Notes: generated by a model from the letters alone, not told the origin. DNA of 64,000 bases from an uncultured Methanosarcinaceae archaeon (GCA_963721455.1 CAVRJG010000038.1:32001-96000), one strand, 5' to 3'. Counted from the first letter of the stretch, positions 34,910 to 44,976 are shown. A program made the numbers and translations.

Positions 34910-34994
34910 TGCGAGAGGTGCGATTCGAACGCACGAACTCCTACAAGACTGGACTCTGAATCTAGCGCCTTTGACCTGGCTGGGCAACTCTCGC
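34910..34994 (-). tRNA. tRNA-Leu(CAG)
   Basis: GCGAGAGTTGCCCAGCCAGGTCAAAGGCG CTAGA TT CAG AG TCCAG, long variable arm, GTTCGAATC; one anticodon-stem mismatch. Confidence 0.92.
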
Positions 34995-35039
34995 ATATTG
35001 ATGTATTACTTTTTAATAAAATATAGTCCTGTATGTAAA

Positions 35040-35082
35040 ACTCTGAATCCAGCGCCTTTGACCTGGCTGGGCAACTCTCGCA
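35040..35082 (-). repeat. Duplicated 5' half of tRNA-Leu(CAG)
   Basis: 42/43 identity to 34953-34995. Confidence 0.92.
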
Positions 35083-35290
35083 CGATGTAGCTTATGTTCC
35101 AGCAGCACATAGTAGTGCTCTTTGTTCTTATACTTTTTCCTTGAAAAACCTTTTCGGAGGACGAAATTCGCTCTGGACTTCCGGATAATTCTCTTTTTTC
35201 AGGAAGCCGGGTTTAATGCTGAAAATCCGAGAACAAGCGCCAGAAAATGTATTATTATTTCTAGATAAGTTTGGAAATTGATGAAATTTT

Positions 35291-36199
35291 TCATCTCATC
35301 AATTTCAGGATAAGGGCTTTTTGCGCATGCAGGCGGTTCTCGGCTTCTTCAAAAATTACGGAATTCGGGCCGTCCATAACTTCATCCGTAATCTCGAGGC
35401 CTCGCCGGGCTGGCAGGCAGTGCATGACTATTACATCCGGCTTTGCAAATCCAAGGAGTTTGGTATTGATCTGGAAAGAAGCAAAATCCCTCAGGCGTTT
35501 CTCCTGTTCGGCTTCGTCGCCCATGGAAACCCAGACATCCGTATAGATAATGTCTGCATCCTTCGCGGCAACTTTCGGGTCATCTGTAATGGTGAATTTG
35601 CCTCCCAGGGCTTTTGCCTGTTCAAGGAACTCGGCTTTTGGCTCATATCCCTTCGGGCAGGCAATGGCAAACTCCATTCCCATGATAGCCGAGCCAAGTA
35701 AGGCTGAGTTGCAGACATTGTTTCCGTCTCCTACCCAGGCGAATTTCAAGCCTTCGAACCTGTGCTTGTACTCCATGATTGTCATGAAATCGCCCAGGAT
35801 CTGGCAGGGGTGTTCCCTGTCCGAAAGCGCATTGATTACAGGTATTGTTGAGTATTCGGCTAATTTTTTTACAGTTTCGTGACTCATAACCCTTGCCATG
35901 AGCCCTTGCAGGTAACCTGAAAGGGTTCTGGCGGTATCCTCAATAGTCTCTCCTCTTCCTACCTGAATGTCTTTGGAGTTCAGGTAAAGGGCATGTCCTC
36001 CAAAGTCAGTCATTGCAACCTCAAAGGATACTCTGGTCCTTGTGGAGGATTTCTCGAAAATCATCCCGAGGCTTTTGTTCTTCAGGAACTCTGTGGATTC
36101 TCCTGCCTTGCGCTTTTCTTTCAGGTCCGCAGCAGATTCGAGGAGTTCGTAAATCTCCTCCCTGGACAGGTCAGTTATCGAAAGTACATCCTTCTTCAT
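35291..36199 (-). CDS. argF: Ornithine carbamoyltransferase
   Basis: [30 protein letters not shown]. Confidence 0.97.
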   Translation of the reverse strand: MKKDVLSITDLSREEIYELLESAADLKEKRKAGESTEFLKNKSLGMIFEKSSTRTRVSFEVAMTDFGGHALYLNSKDIQVGRGETIEDTARTLSGYLQGLMARVMSHETVKKLAEYSTIPVINALSDREHPCQILGDFMTIMEYKHRFEGLKFAWVGDGNNVCNSALLGSAIMGMEFAIACPKGYEPKAEFLEQAKALGGKFTITDDPKVAAKDADIIYTDVWVSMGDEAEQEKRLRDFASFQINTKLLGFAKPDVIVMHCLPARRGLEITDEVMDGPNSVIFEEAENRLHAQKALILKLMR

Positions 36200-36295
36200 C
36201 GTTTCAACCCCTACTTCATTCTGGCTGAATTTAAACTTTATATTACTGCATAGTACTTATTTGCACGCCGTACTTTTTCAGAGCTTTTCAGGCAG

Positions 36296-37597
36296 TCAGC
36301 CTCTAAGTTCTTTCATGTGGTCAATTCTCTTCTGGATGAGGGCGGCAGTGCCAATGTCTTTCCGGAAAAAAAGCTTGCCCCGGATATTTTCAAGAGCATT
36401 CTGCGCAATTTTTTCGGCTGCATCTATAGTTTCCGCACAACCTACGACTGCAATGGCACGGGAGCCAGTTGTGTAAACTTTCCCTTCTTTTTCATAAACA
36501 CTGGCGTAATAGATGGAAGCTTTCCCTATATTTTCTACAGTTACCTCGCTGTCTTTCTCAGGATTATCAGGATAGCCGGCAGGAACTGCATATTTACATA
36601 CAGTCGCTTTCTTGCTAAAGTTTACAGGCAGCTTTTCAAGGGTTCCTTTAACCATTGCAGACATAATTTCCACGAAGTCTGTTTCAATAAGGGGAATTAC
36701 GTTCATAGCTTCGGGATCTCCGAATCTGGCATTGAATTCCACTACCTTGGGGCCGCTGGCCGTAAGGATAAACTGCCCGTACAGGATGCCCTGGTATCCT
36801 GTTGCCGTTTCCTCATAAAGTGCCTTTACAGTATCCTGCATAATCCCTTTTGCCTTCTCAAGTTCCTCTGGAAGCATAAAAGGCAAGATCTCTCCGGCGC
36901 CCGTATATGAACCCATTCCGCCTGTATTGGGTCCGAGGTCACCTTCATACGCTCTTTTATGATCCTGCACTGCAGGGAAGAAGACAAGGCTCTTTCCGTC
37001 CACTAAAGCCTGAAGAGTAAACTCTTCTCCAATGAAACGCTCCTCGATGACTACAGGCCCTTTCTCAAGAAGCTCACTTGCATATGCCCTGGCTGCTTCG
37101 AGGTCAGGGAGCTGGTCTCCCATAACTTTTACCCCTTTTCCCCCTGTCAGGCCGGAGGGCTTGACTGCAACATCACCAAGCTTTTCGATGAAAGCGTGTG
37201 CGGGTTCTTTCTCAGTGAAAACCTCATAGGCAGGACAGCCTTCAATTTTATATTTTTTCATGAAATTTCTTGCCCAGGCCTTATCAAATTCGATAATTGC
37301 GCAGGCTTTTTTAGGCCCTACAACCGGGATCCCGGCTTCCCAGAGAGCATCTGCAATTCCTGCTGCAAGCGGAGCTTCAGGGCCCACAAAAACCATTTCA
37401 ACATTCCTGGCTTTTGCATAATCAATGACTTTTTCAATTTCTGTTTCCTTCTCAAGGAGAAAGTCCTCACAGAGGGCGGCAATTCCGGGATTTTTTTTTG
37501 CCATTAACGCATAAAGGGAGGGGTTATGCTTGCTTTTCTTAATTCCTTCAGCGATTGCATGTTCCCTTCCGCCGCCGCCGATAAGCAAAATCTTCAT
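36296..37597 (-). CDS. purD: Phosphoribosylamine--glycine ligase
   Basis: [47 protein letters not shown]. Confidence 0.97.
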   Translation of the reverse strand: MKILLIGGGGREHAIAEGIKKSKHNPSLYALMAKKNPGIAALCEDFLLEKETEIEKVIDYAKARNVEMVFVGPEAPLAAGIADALWEAGIPVVGPKKACAIIEFDKAWARNFMKKYKIEGCPAYEVFTEKEPAHAFIEKLGDVAVKPSGLTGGKGVKVMGDQLPDLEAARAYASELLEKGPVVIEERFIGEEFTLQALVDGKSLVFFPAVQDHKRAYEGDLGPNTGGMGSYTGAGEILPFMLPEELEKAKGIMQDTVKALYEETATGYQGILYGQFILTASGPKVVEFNARFGDPEAMNVIPLIETDFVEIMSAMVKGTLEKLPVNFSKKATVCKYAVPAGYPDNPEKDSEVTVENIGKASIYYASVYEKEGKVYTTGSRAIAVVGCAETIDAAEKIAQNALENIRGKLFFRKDIGTAALIQKRIDHMKELRG

Positions 37598-38121
37598 TTT
37601 TATTCTCCTGGTTTTAAAAAGATTATTTTATTCTATTCAAATTTGGTTTTAATATGTATCAATAAGGAAATGAGATAAGAAAAGGTAGTTGGATTTTCAG
37701 TCCTCAAAACCTCTCAACATTACTTTAAGCAGCATATTTGTTTTTATTGACAATAGTTCTTAATCAGGAATATACTGAAGGACTTCCTAGTTCTCTATTT
37801 CTTCTGATAAATATCTTCTCATTGTCAGACTTAACACCTGGATAAAACCTATACAGTTTAACGTTTTTCCAAAGTTTTACCTTCTATTTTTTCAGTATTT
37901 TACCTTTAAACATTATTTGACAAGAATAGAATGTAGAACAGTTATATTCCAAAGGTTTTCAGTTAAAAGAAGGATAAAAATTAAGCCATAGTCTACTTTT
38001 CCAGTTTCTGACAAACTGTGGGTTCTGTAACTCAATAGGAAAACCCTGTCTGGAATCGAACTGTTAAATATACAGGCTATAATTCCAAATTTTCTAACGC
38101 GGAGAGTATAAGTTAACTCAA

Positions 38122-38679
38122 TTATCTCAATAGGTCGCTTGCACTTACAAGAGGGACAAGCTCCGCACCTGCTTCCTTCAAGTTTTCTTTCGCTCCTTCT
38201 TCTCTGTCCACGACACTGATCACATATTTGACATTCGCCCCTCTTTCCCTGACAACTTCGATTGCATCTCTGACCGAGCCTCCGCTGGTCGTTACGTCTT
38301 CGAGCATTACAAGCCTGTCGTCTGGTTTAATATCTCCCACAAACCTGCTTTTTGTGCCGTAGCCTTTTATAGATTTCCGGACTATAAGCAGAGGGAGTTC
38401 GGTTTCCAGGGAGACTGCGGTTGCCAGAGGGACACCCCCGAGTTCCACTCCTGCAATTGTGTTTACATCCATCTCCCTCACCCTGAGTGCTGCCTGTCTG
38501 GCTATAAGCTTCAGGGTTTTTGGGTCAGTACTGGCTTTTTTGATGTCTATATAATACTTGCTTTTCTTTCCCGAGGCAAGCGTGAATTCTCCGTAGCGGA
38601 CAGCTCCGCAGGCTTTGAGGGCTGCGATCAGTTCCTGTTTTTGTATCTTTAGCTCATTTTTTGTATCCCATTCGCTCAT
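38122..38679 (-). CDS. pyrE: Orotate phosphoribosyltransferase
   Basis: FTLASGKKSKYYID, VRK..KGYG, LEDVTTSGGS PRPP motif. Confidence 0.96.
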   Translation of the reverse strand: MSEWDTKNELKIQKQELIAALKACGAVRYGEFTLASGKKSKYYIDIKKASTDPKTLKLIARQAALRVREMDVNTIAGVELGGVPLATAVSLETELPLLIVRKSIKGYGTKSRFVGDIKPDDRLVMLEDVTTSGGSVRDAIEVVRERGANVKYVISVVDREEGAKENLKEAGAELVPLVSASDLLR

Positions 38680-38837
38680 GATCTCACCGGTTTAGCAGCC
38701 TTATTAGCTATTTGTTTTTCATTAAGTATTCTCAAATCTGATTGTTCCTTGATCTCTACTAATTGCTCTTGATCTTTAGGAATCGTAATCAGCATTTCTC
38801 CGGTTATTTTTTCAGAACCGTGTTAATTTCTAAAAGT

Positions 38838-39365
38838 TTACCACGGTTCTTTCTTTATACCTGCAAAGTATCCTATTATATTTGTTGTAAAATGGAGCAG
38901 AGGCGTCATTATGAGGATTGTTACCATTATCGAGGGGGTAATATTGCTCACAAACCATTCAGGAGATGTAAGATATGTGAAAACCCAGGCTCCCACGACA
39001 AAATCCAGCTGGTCTACAAGCGGAAAGGAAGCGCCCCTTTTCATACCCATCCTGCGCTTGAAAAAGCTCTTGAACATGTCTCCGAAGAGTGAACCGCAGG
39101 CAAGGGCAAGGACAACTTTGAGTGCACTGGGGTAGTCCGGGCCGAAAGCTGGCATCTCAATTCCCAGAATCTCGAATCCCCTTGAATTTAACCAGATCTG
39201 GATGCTGCCTGCAAGAACTCCGAAAAAAATGCCTGAAAAAAGCCCTCTGTAGGTTTTTCCATCTCCTATGATTCTTTTCCCGTCCTTTAAAGTTCTGCCT
39301 CCGTCAATCGGCTTTCCGCCACCGAAAACAGCTGCAAAGGGGTTGGGAAGATATGCCGGAAGCAT
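38838..39365 (-). CDS. carS: CDP-archaeol synthase (start may lie upstream at 39398)
   Basis: PAYLPN, PIDGGR..DGKRIIGDGKT.RG, GDMFKSFFKRR, DQLDF, KKEPW end. Confidence 0.92.
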   Translation of the reverse strand: MLPAYLPNPFAAVFGGGKPIDGGRTLKDGKRIIGDGKTYRGLFSGIFFGVLAGSIQIWLNSRGFEILGIEMPAFGPDYPSALKVVLALACGSLFGDMFKSFFKRRMGMKRGASFPLVDQLDFVVGAWVFTYLTSPEWFVSNITPSIMVTILIMTPLLHFTTNIIGYFAGIKKEPW

Positions 39366-40328
39366 CAGCCAGAATGCTTTAATTATCAGCTCGATCGTGG
39401 TATCAACTCTTTATCTCGATTTTATTTTTTTTGGAGGCAGAACTTGACTTCTTTCATATCTCTATATTCTTCATTTTTTATATGGCCTGGCTGCAGAACA
39501 TACCAGTAATGCGTGCTCACTGTTTTCCCCTACTTTTCAATTCGTCAGGTACGTTTAAATAATGGGCTTATGTAACTATTAACCCTATTTAATTGTATTT
39601 ATTTTATTAAGTTTTAATTTCAATCTCTACTTTTCAATGCCTTTTATAAACTCACTCCTCTAAATAATTTTTCCGGCAAACGAAAATGAGAAAAAAGAGT
39701 TGATACGAAAATAGGTGTTCAGGTTTCTCTACTTTTACAAGACCTGCCTTGCTTCTATTTTTTAAGCAACTGGTCTTCATAGAGATATAGCTGGTATTGA
39801 AGGGAGATAAAGCGGTTTAATTTGTCCAGTGTGATCATTGCTTTCTCTTATCTGAATCGGAAATATCTAATTTCTAAATTATTCTCTAATTCATTTTATC
39901 CTGAAACCTTAACCCAAATTAATAGTCAGTTGAATTGTAATATTTTTCCTATGAAGCTTGAAGTTTTTTATCTGGATCCGGGTAGTATAACGTCTTCTAT
40001 ATTTGATTATTTTTCTGTAGTAATATGTGTCAATCGTAATTGAAAGTATTTCAATTCCCTTTTAATATATACAACTTTAAATAGTATGAGTACATTATTA
40101 ATTGTTGGAGATGAATAACCTTCTAATTATATACGTATACAGGTTTAATTGCTAAATCTGTACGGCCCTTCCCATCAATCTCATAAAACGAGGCTCTAGT
40201 AGTCGGTTATAAACATATAATATTTGCTTTTAATAACCGGTTGTTGGACTTAAAACGGAAACAATCCGCTACATTACGTAAAAACGCTTTTTATTCCCTT
40301 TAAAATTTCAAAATGAAATACGTTACCG

Positions 40329-40340
40329 TATAAATATATC
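40329..40340 (+). promoter_or_regulatory. Putative TATA box of the MreA-like gene
   Basis: TATAAATATAT about 150 bp upstream of the ATG. Confidence 0.45.
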
Positions 40341-40480
40341 AACTGTGTGTATATTTGGCAGTTGTTGTCAGTTTTAAAAGGTGATTATAAAAGCATTCTT
40401 TGAAGGTCTAAATAATAATTACCCTGATATTTTTTAACTGACAAACTTATCTATTAAATTATAAGTATGAAGGGGTTATC

Positions 40481-40879
40481 ATGAAGGACTACGAAGTAAA
40501 AGTGCTGGACGAAAACGATCATATTTTCATTGAAACGTTAAGGAACCTCGGGATGTCCAGAAATGTCGCTACAACCATGGCATATCTTATGAATGTGGAC
40601 GAAGCATCATCCCGTGAAATCGAAATCAGTACCGGATTAAGACAACCCGAAGTCAGTCTTGCAATGAGGCTGATGCGCAACCAGTCCTGGGTTAGTGTGC
40701 GTTCGGAAAAAAAGCCTGGCAAAGGTCGCCCGATAAAGATTTATGCTCTTGCGGCTCCCGTTGACGAGATCATAAGTTATTACGAAGACAAAATTTACAA
40801 GGAATCTCAGGCAACCATCTCAGCAATTAAGAAGCTGAAGGTCATGAGTAAAAAGGTGCCTCTTACTCCTTCAAAGTGA
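40481..40879 (+). CDS. mreA: TrmB/wHTH transcriptional regulator, MreA-like (regulator of energy-converting metabolism)
   Basis: SSREIEISTGLRQPEVSLAM, KPGKGRPIKIY; synteny with carS, SAMP and CoM genes as recalled for M. acetivorans MA3302. Confidence 0.75.
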   Translation: MKDYEVKVLDENDHIFIETLRNLGMSRNVATTMAYLMNVDEASSREIEISTGLRQPEVSLAMRLMRNQSWVSVRSEKKPGKGRPIKIYALAAPVDEIISYYEDKIYKESQATISAIKKLKVMSKKVPLTPSK

Positions 40880-40900
40880 AAGCTCTCAAACAAGCTTAGC

Positions 40901-40945
40901 TCCATAATGGCTGACAATCCTCCTATGGAATTCGACCATTATGGA
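40901..40945 (+). terminator. Hairpin downstream of mreA
   Basis: TCCATAATGG ... CCATTATGGA inverted repeat. Confidence 0.5.
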
Positions 40946-41097
40946 AATAAAAACCTTCTCAGGATTTGCGTTCCTTCTCTTTATTCCTCTGGATTTTCTT
41001 CTGCGGAATTCACGCGGTATTCGCGTTGAATATTAAGCTAATTCTGGGTTTTCTGACTTTATACTGTAGCTCTTACTACTTTTTTTCATCGGTTTAA

Positions 41098-41172
41098 TTT
41101 TCATGATTCCCTTTTCATGATTCCCTTTTCATGATTCCCTTTTCATGATTCCCTTTTCATGATTCCCTTTTG
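41098..41172. repeat. 14-bp tandem repeat x5 (TTTCATGATTCCCT)
   Basis: Perfect tandem units. Confidence 0.9.
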
Positions 41173-41179
41173 ATTCTAT

Positions 41180-41437
41180 CCTACATTCGGCAGCAGATGA
41201 TCTCAACATACGTAAGTTTTTGATTGCACTTTTTTGGTGAGAAATCTAAAAATCAATGTCATGTGGATTAAGTTTCGAACGGGATTTGTTATTCCCTCAC
41301 TTACAACAAATATAAATTTACGAATTTATTGTCAACATTTGGAAAATGTATATAATGATATAATTTTAGAAGTTTTGAGAAAACCGATATCAGTAAAAAA
41401 ATAAAATGAATTTTTACGTTCACCTGCCGAAAGCAGG
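41180..41437. mobile_element. MITE (~258 bp), family of 16348-16582 in the opposite orientation
   Basis: TIRs CCTACATTCGGCAG / CTGCCGAAAGCAGG. Confidence 0.75.
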
Positions 41438-41518
41438 TTCTATCTTAGTTTTCTATAATTTCTCTATGCCACGACCATCTGCAGTATAAAGAAATTCAAT
41501 CAATATTCTATATGACAG

Positions 41519-41655
41519 AAACCACGGAAAATACGGAAAAACTGTGATTTCATAAATAAGTCCTTTCAATTAGTCCTCTCGAGCGCAGCGAGAAGGACCC
41601 CGTGCTCCCGAAGCGGAACTCGGGAGGCGCAACTCGGGAGGCGCAACTCGGGCGG
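41519..41655. repeat. GC-rich REP-like intergenic element D, copy 1
   Basis: ACCACGGAAAATACGGAA...TTAGTCCTCTCGAGCG..GCGAGAAGGACCCCGTGCTCCCGAAGCGGAACTCGGG; reverse-complement copies at 45073, 49034, 63006. Confidence 0.85.
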
Positions 41656-41750
41656 TAAAAGCATGCTTTAAAGAATAACCTCTATGAATTTCAAAAAAGG
41701 TGGAAAAAAGAAGTTGTAATAAATAAGGGATTCTGCCTTTTACTGGCAGA

Positions 41751-41963
41751 TCAGCCCCCTGTGACAACTCTCAGGATTGTAAGTCTGTCGGAACTTACCA
41801 TCCCGTCAAGGGGAACAGCATTCCCTCCATTTAATACAAGTACCGTTTCCTGATTTATATCCAATGTATCAAGCAGGTCTTCGTAGGTGGCGCTCTCGGC
41901 TATTTCTACGGTCTGCTCGGAAATCTCTCCAGCCTGGATTGTTATGTGTACTTTTTTGCTCAC
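41751..41963 (-). CDS. Ubiquitin-like small archaeal modifier / sulfur carrier (SAMP, MoaD/ThiS family)
   Basis: 70 aa beta-grasp ending VVTGG. Confidence 0.9.
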   Translation of the reverse strand: MSKKVHITIQAGEISEQTVEIAESATYEDLLDTLDINQETVLVLNGGNAVPLDGMVSSDRLTILRVVTGG

Positions 41964-42088
41964 TCTATAGATCCACCGCCGCTTACCTGAATTTCGCTTA
42001 CGATTTCCTTTATTAACTTCTGCTCCAGTTCATATTCTTTTCTGACGCCTTTCCGTTCTGCACTTCTTTTCTGGAACTTTCCTGTCAT
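41960..42088 (-). CDS. 42-aa small protein upstream of SAMP (not in ORF track)
   Basis: MTGKFQKRSAERKGVRKEYELEQKLIKEIVSEIQVSGGGSIE; AAGGAG RBS; stop overlaps the SAMP GTG (GTGA). Confidence 0.6.
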   Translation of the reverse strand: MTGKFQKRSAERKGVRKEYELEQKLIKEIVSEIQVSGGGSIE

Positions 42089-42553
42089 TTTCAGATCTCC
42101 TTACGATTTTTCAGGTTTGCAACACAGTTGGTATAGATCTCTTCAAGCAGATTCGTTTCTTTGTCTCTTCGAGATGTATATCCAATGATTATAATGATCT
42201 TATGTTTTAATTAATTTTTTGGTTGACAATGAGTTGGTTAACATATTTAATTTTCCGACTCTATAACGGCTATTCACTCTAAATTTTAGTCATAAGTATG
42301 GGTTAACGTTGGGTCTGATATCGTTCGAAAGCTTGACAAATAAGATTGGAAACTGTATCCTAAAACTAAACCTGGATTATATTTATTCAGAAACTATAAT
42401 TCTATGGAAAAATTAGACAATATTATAGATATTTCAAACTCAAAGCAAAAAGTTCTAATATACGATAGGTTCGAGAAAAATGGTCGAAAAAAGAATAAGC
42501 AAAGAGACTAAGCAAACAACTGAAAAAACTTGCCTGATTTGTAACTTTAATTA

Positions 42554-42625
42554 TACATCAGCCGGGATTCGAACCCGGGTTCGAGCGTTGGCAACGCCCG
42601 GTGATGACCGCTACACTACTGATGT
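42554..42625 (-). tRNA. tRNA-Gly(GCC), copy 2
   Basis: ACATCAG...GGGCG TT GCC AA CGCTC...GGTTCGAATCC GGCTGATGTA. Confidence 0.93.
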
Positions 42626-42629
42626 GATA

Positions 42630-42704
42630 TGGTGCCCAGACCCGGATTCGAACCGGGGACAACTGCCTCTTCAGGGCAGCGCTCTCCCACTGAGCTACCT
42701 GGGC
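42630..42704 (-). tRNA. tRNA-Phe(GAA), copy 2, CCA encoded
   Basis: GCCCAGG...CTGCC CT GAA GA GGCAG...CTGGGCACCA. Confidence 0.96.
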
Positions 42705-42793
42705 AGGCAGATAAATTTCACTACCTGTAGGCTATTATGTAAAGGTGGTAGTGTCTTTTATCTTTCCGGAAAAATCTCCGGAAAGTTTTTGAG

Positions 42794-42867
42794 TGGGCCC
42801 GCTGAGATTCGAACTCAGGACCTCCGCCATGTCAAGGCGACGTCATAACCGGCTAGACCACGAGCCC
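42794..42867 (-). tRNA. tRNA-Val(GAC), copy 2
   Basis: GGGCTCG...TCGCC TT GAC AT GGCGG...GTTCGAATC. Confidence 0.96.
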
Positions 42868-42934
42868 ACATTGTTTGTTACTTATTTTTTGCATCAGGAA
42901 AATTGATCCGAAACATTAACTTTTAAAACAGTTA

Positions 42935-43006
42935 TACATCAGCCGGGATTCGAACCCGGGTTCGAGCGTTGGCAACGCCCGGTGATGACCGCTACACTAC
43001 TGATGT
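42935..43006 (-). tRNA. tRNA-Gly(GCC), copy 1
   Basis: Identical to 42554-42625. Confidence 0.93.
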
Positions 43007-43010
43007 GATA

Positions 43011-43085
43011 TGGTGCCCAGACCCGGATTCGAACCGGGGACAACTGCCTCTTCAGGGCAGCGCTCTCCCACTGAGCTACCTGGGC
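43011..43085 (-). tRNA. tRNA-Phe(GAA), copy 1
   Basis: Identical to 42630-42704. Confidence 0.96.
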
Positions 43086-43172
43086 AGGCAGATAAATTTC
43101 ACTACCTGTAGGCTATTATGTAAAGGTGGTAGTGTCTTTTATTTCCGGAAAGATCTCCGGAAAGTTTTTGAG

Positions 43173-43246
43173 TGGGCCCGCTGAGATTCGAACTCAGGAC
43201 CTCCGCCATGTCAAGGCGACGTCATAACCGGCTAGACCACGAGCCC
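43173..43246 (-). tRNA. tRNA-Val(GAC), copy 1
   Basis: Identical to 42794-42867. Confidence 0.96.
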
Positions 43247-43305
43247 ACGTTGTTTATTGTTTCCGTTTTTCGCACCAAAGTGCAACCCCATAGTACACAT
43301 CATCA

Positions 43306-43322
43306 TTTATATAAGTTTTGGG
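43306..43322 (-). promoter_or_regulatory. BRE/TATA promoter of the tRNA cluster
   Basis: Minus strand CCCAAAACTTATATAAA about 60 bp upstream of the first tRNA-Val. Confidence 0.65.
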
Positions 43323-43586
43323 TGGTCTGGATTTTTCCTACTTGAATAAGCTTCGAAAAGACAAAAAATTTTGCGTATTCGGTAATCTTCTCTTCACCGT
43401 GGTCTCAGAATTTGCACTCTAAGTTCAGATTTTTATTTTCGGCGCAATTTTTAAAAGTTCATTCATTCCTTTCTTAACGTTTCACTTTAATGTATCTTCG
43501 AGTCTTATTCTCAGAATCCTCCCATCTAAAATATAATGAACAAGCCTCTAAAATATAATGAACTCAATATTCCGGTTGAGGGTAAC

Positions 43587-44906
43587 ATGAACGAAGCATT
43601 CGATAACACAGGGACGTGCCGGACAATCCCGGAAATTCAGGGTAAAATTGATGCTGGAGATGCCGTGGTTCTCACGGCTGCAGAACTTAGCGCGAGAATC
43701 CGTGCCGGAGAGGAGATAAGGCTTGAAGATGTGGATGTCGTAACTACCGCAACCCGCGGCATCATGAGCGGAACATATGCTGTACTTTCGTTCAAAGTCT
43801 CAGAGCCCGACTCGTTTGTTAAAGCTTCTGAAGTCCTGCTGAACGGCGTGCCGGCAGTTGTGGGTCCCTGCCCGAACGAAAGGCTTGGAGTCCTGGACCT
43901 TATCGTGCTCGGGACAGCTCACGGAGAATCAGACCCATGCTACGGAGGTGGACACCTTTTCAGGGAGATGGTGGAAGGAAAAACCATTAAAGTTGATGTA
44001 ACTACCAGTGAAGGAAGTCGCTTTTCAGTGGAGACACAGCTATCTGAAATCCCCTTTGCACGGCTCCACGCAACAAGGCATGCCTTTAAGAATTACAGGG
44101 CATTCGTAAATCCCGGAAAAGAGTCTATTAAAACCATTTTTCATGCCCTGCCATTTGAAGGTGAATTTAAGGAGATGACTTTTTGCGGCTGCGGCGAGTT
44201 GAACCCCATTCAAAACGACCCCAAACTCGAGACTATAGGAGTCGGGACAAGGGTGCTTCTTAACGGAGCAGACGGATTTGTTACGGGTTCAGGCACCCGA
44301 AGCTCACCGGATAATCCTAACCTTACAGGTTTTGCAGACCTGCATGATATGAATCCTGAATATATGGGAGGTTTTGCAACTTCTGCCGGCCCTGAGATTA
44401 TCAATACCTGGGCTGTCCCAATCCCGGTTCTTCACGAGGGGATGCTGGAAAATATCCTGAAGCTGGATAAGGAAATTCCACTTAAGCTTGTAGATCTTGC
44501 AGGTAGAATCCCTCTCTGTGAAATTACATATGGAGATGTATGGGACGGCACAGACCTTACAGTCCGCTATGAGCCGGAAAAGTGCCTGAAATGCAAGACA
44601 TGTCTGGTTGAAGAAGCCTGTCCCATGGGAGCCGTCTCCCGTACTGAGGATAAAATGGCTGTCCATTCCAGCTCTCTTTGCTTTAACTGCGGGCTCTGCC
44701 TCTCAAGGTGCAGGGGGGAGACCTTCAGTGCAAACCTGGGTTCTGTCAGGTGTGCAATTGGAGGCAGCCTGAGGGACATTAAAGTAACCCTGCGCCAATC
44801 AGACCGTGCCAGGGCATTGAAAGCTGCTGAAGAACTAAAAGAAAAGATTCTCACCGGTACATTCAGACTCAAGGAGCCTGTAGAAAAAATAAGCTGGCGA
44901 GAATAA
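43587..44906 (+). CDS. Methanogenesis marker 16 metalloprotein (proposed ComF; homocysteine-biosynthesis-like domain + 4Fe-4S ferredoxin)
   Basis: VDVVTTAT..IMSGT, GPCPNERLG, YGGGHL, CLKCKTC...CP and CFNCGLC..C; adjacent to comDE; ATG 43587 with GAGGG RBS. Confidence 0.82.
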   Translation: MNEAFDNTGTCRTIPEIQGKIDAGDAVVLTAAELSARIRAGEEIRLEDVDVVTTATRGIMSGTYAVLSFKVSEPDSFVKASEVLLNGVPAVVGPCPNERLGVLDLIVLGTAHGESDPCYGGGHLFREMVEGKTIKVDVTTSEGSRFSVETQLSEIPFARLHATRHAFKNYRAFVNPGKESIKTIFHALPFEGEFKEMTFCGCGELNPIQNDPKLETIGVGTRVLLNGADGFVTGSGTRSSPDNPNLTGFADLHDMNPEYMGGFATSAGPEIINTWAVPIPVLHEGMLENILKLDKEIPLKLVDLAGRIPLCEITYGDVWDGTDLTVRYEPEKCLKCKTCLVEEACPMGAVSRTEDKMAVHSSSLCFNCGLCLSRCRGETFSANLGSVRCAIGGSLRDIKVTLRQSDRARALKAAEELKEKILTGTFRLKEPVEKISWRE

Positions 44907-44976
44907 TATCGAAAAGGCCGGAGAGACTAATATCGAAAAAGCCGGAGAGACTAATATCGAAAAAGCTGGCGAGAAA
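44886..44976. repeat. ~24-bp tandem repeat generated from the 3' end of the marker-16 gene
   Basis: (AAGCTGGCGAGAA)TAATATCGAAAAGGCCGGAGAGAC units x3-4. Confidence 0.7.

Noticed and set aside
41098-41172. Possible CRISPR array (also 44886-44976, 23830-23920, 14581-14643)
   Set aside because: Repeats are contiguous without unique spacers, and no cas genes are present.
42480-43184. ORFs 42480-42848 and 42969-43184 with repeated peptide
   Set aside because: Antisense translations of the duplicated tRNA cluster.
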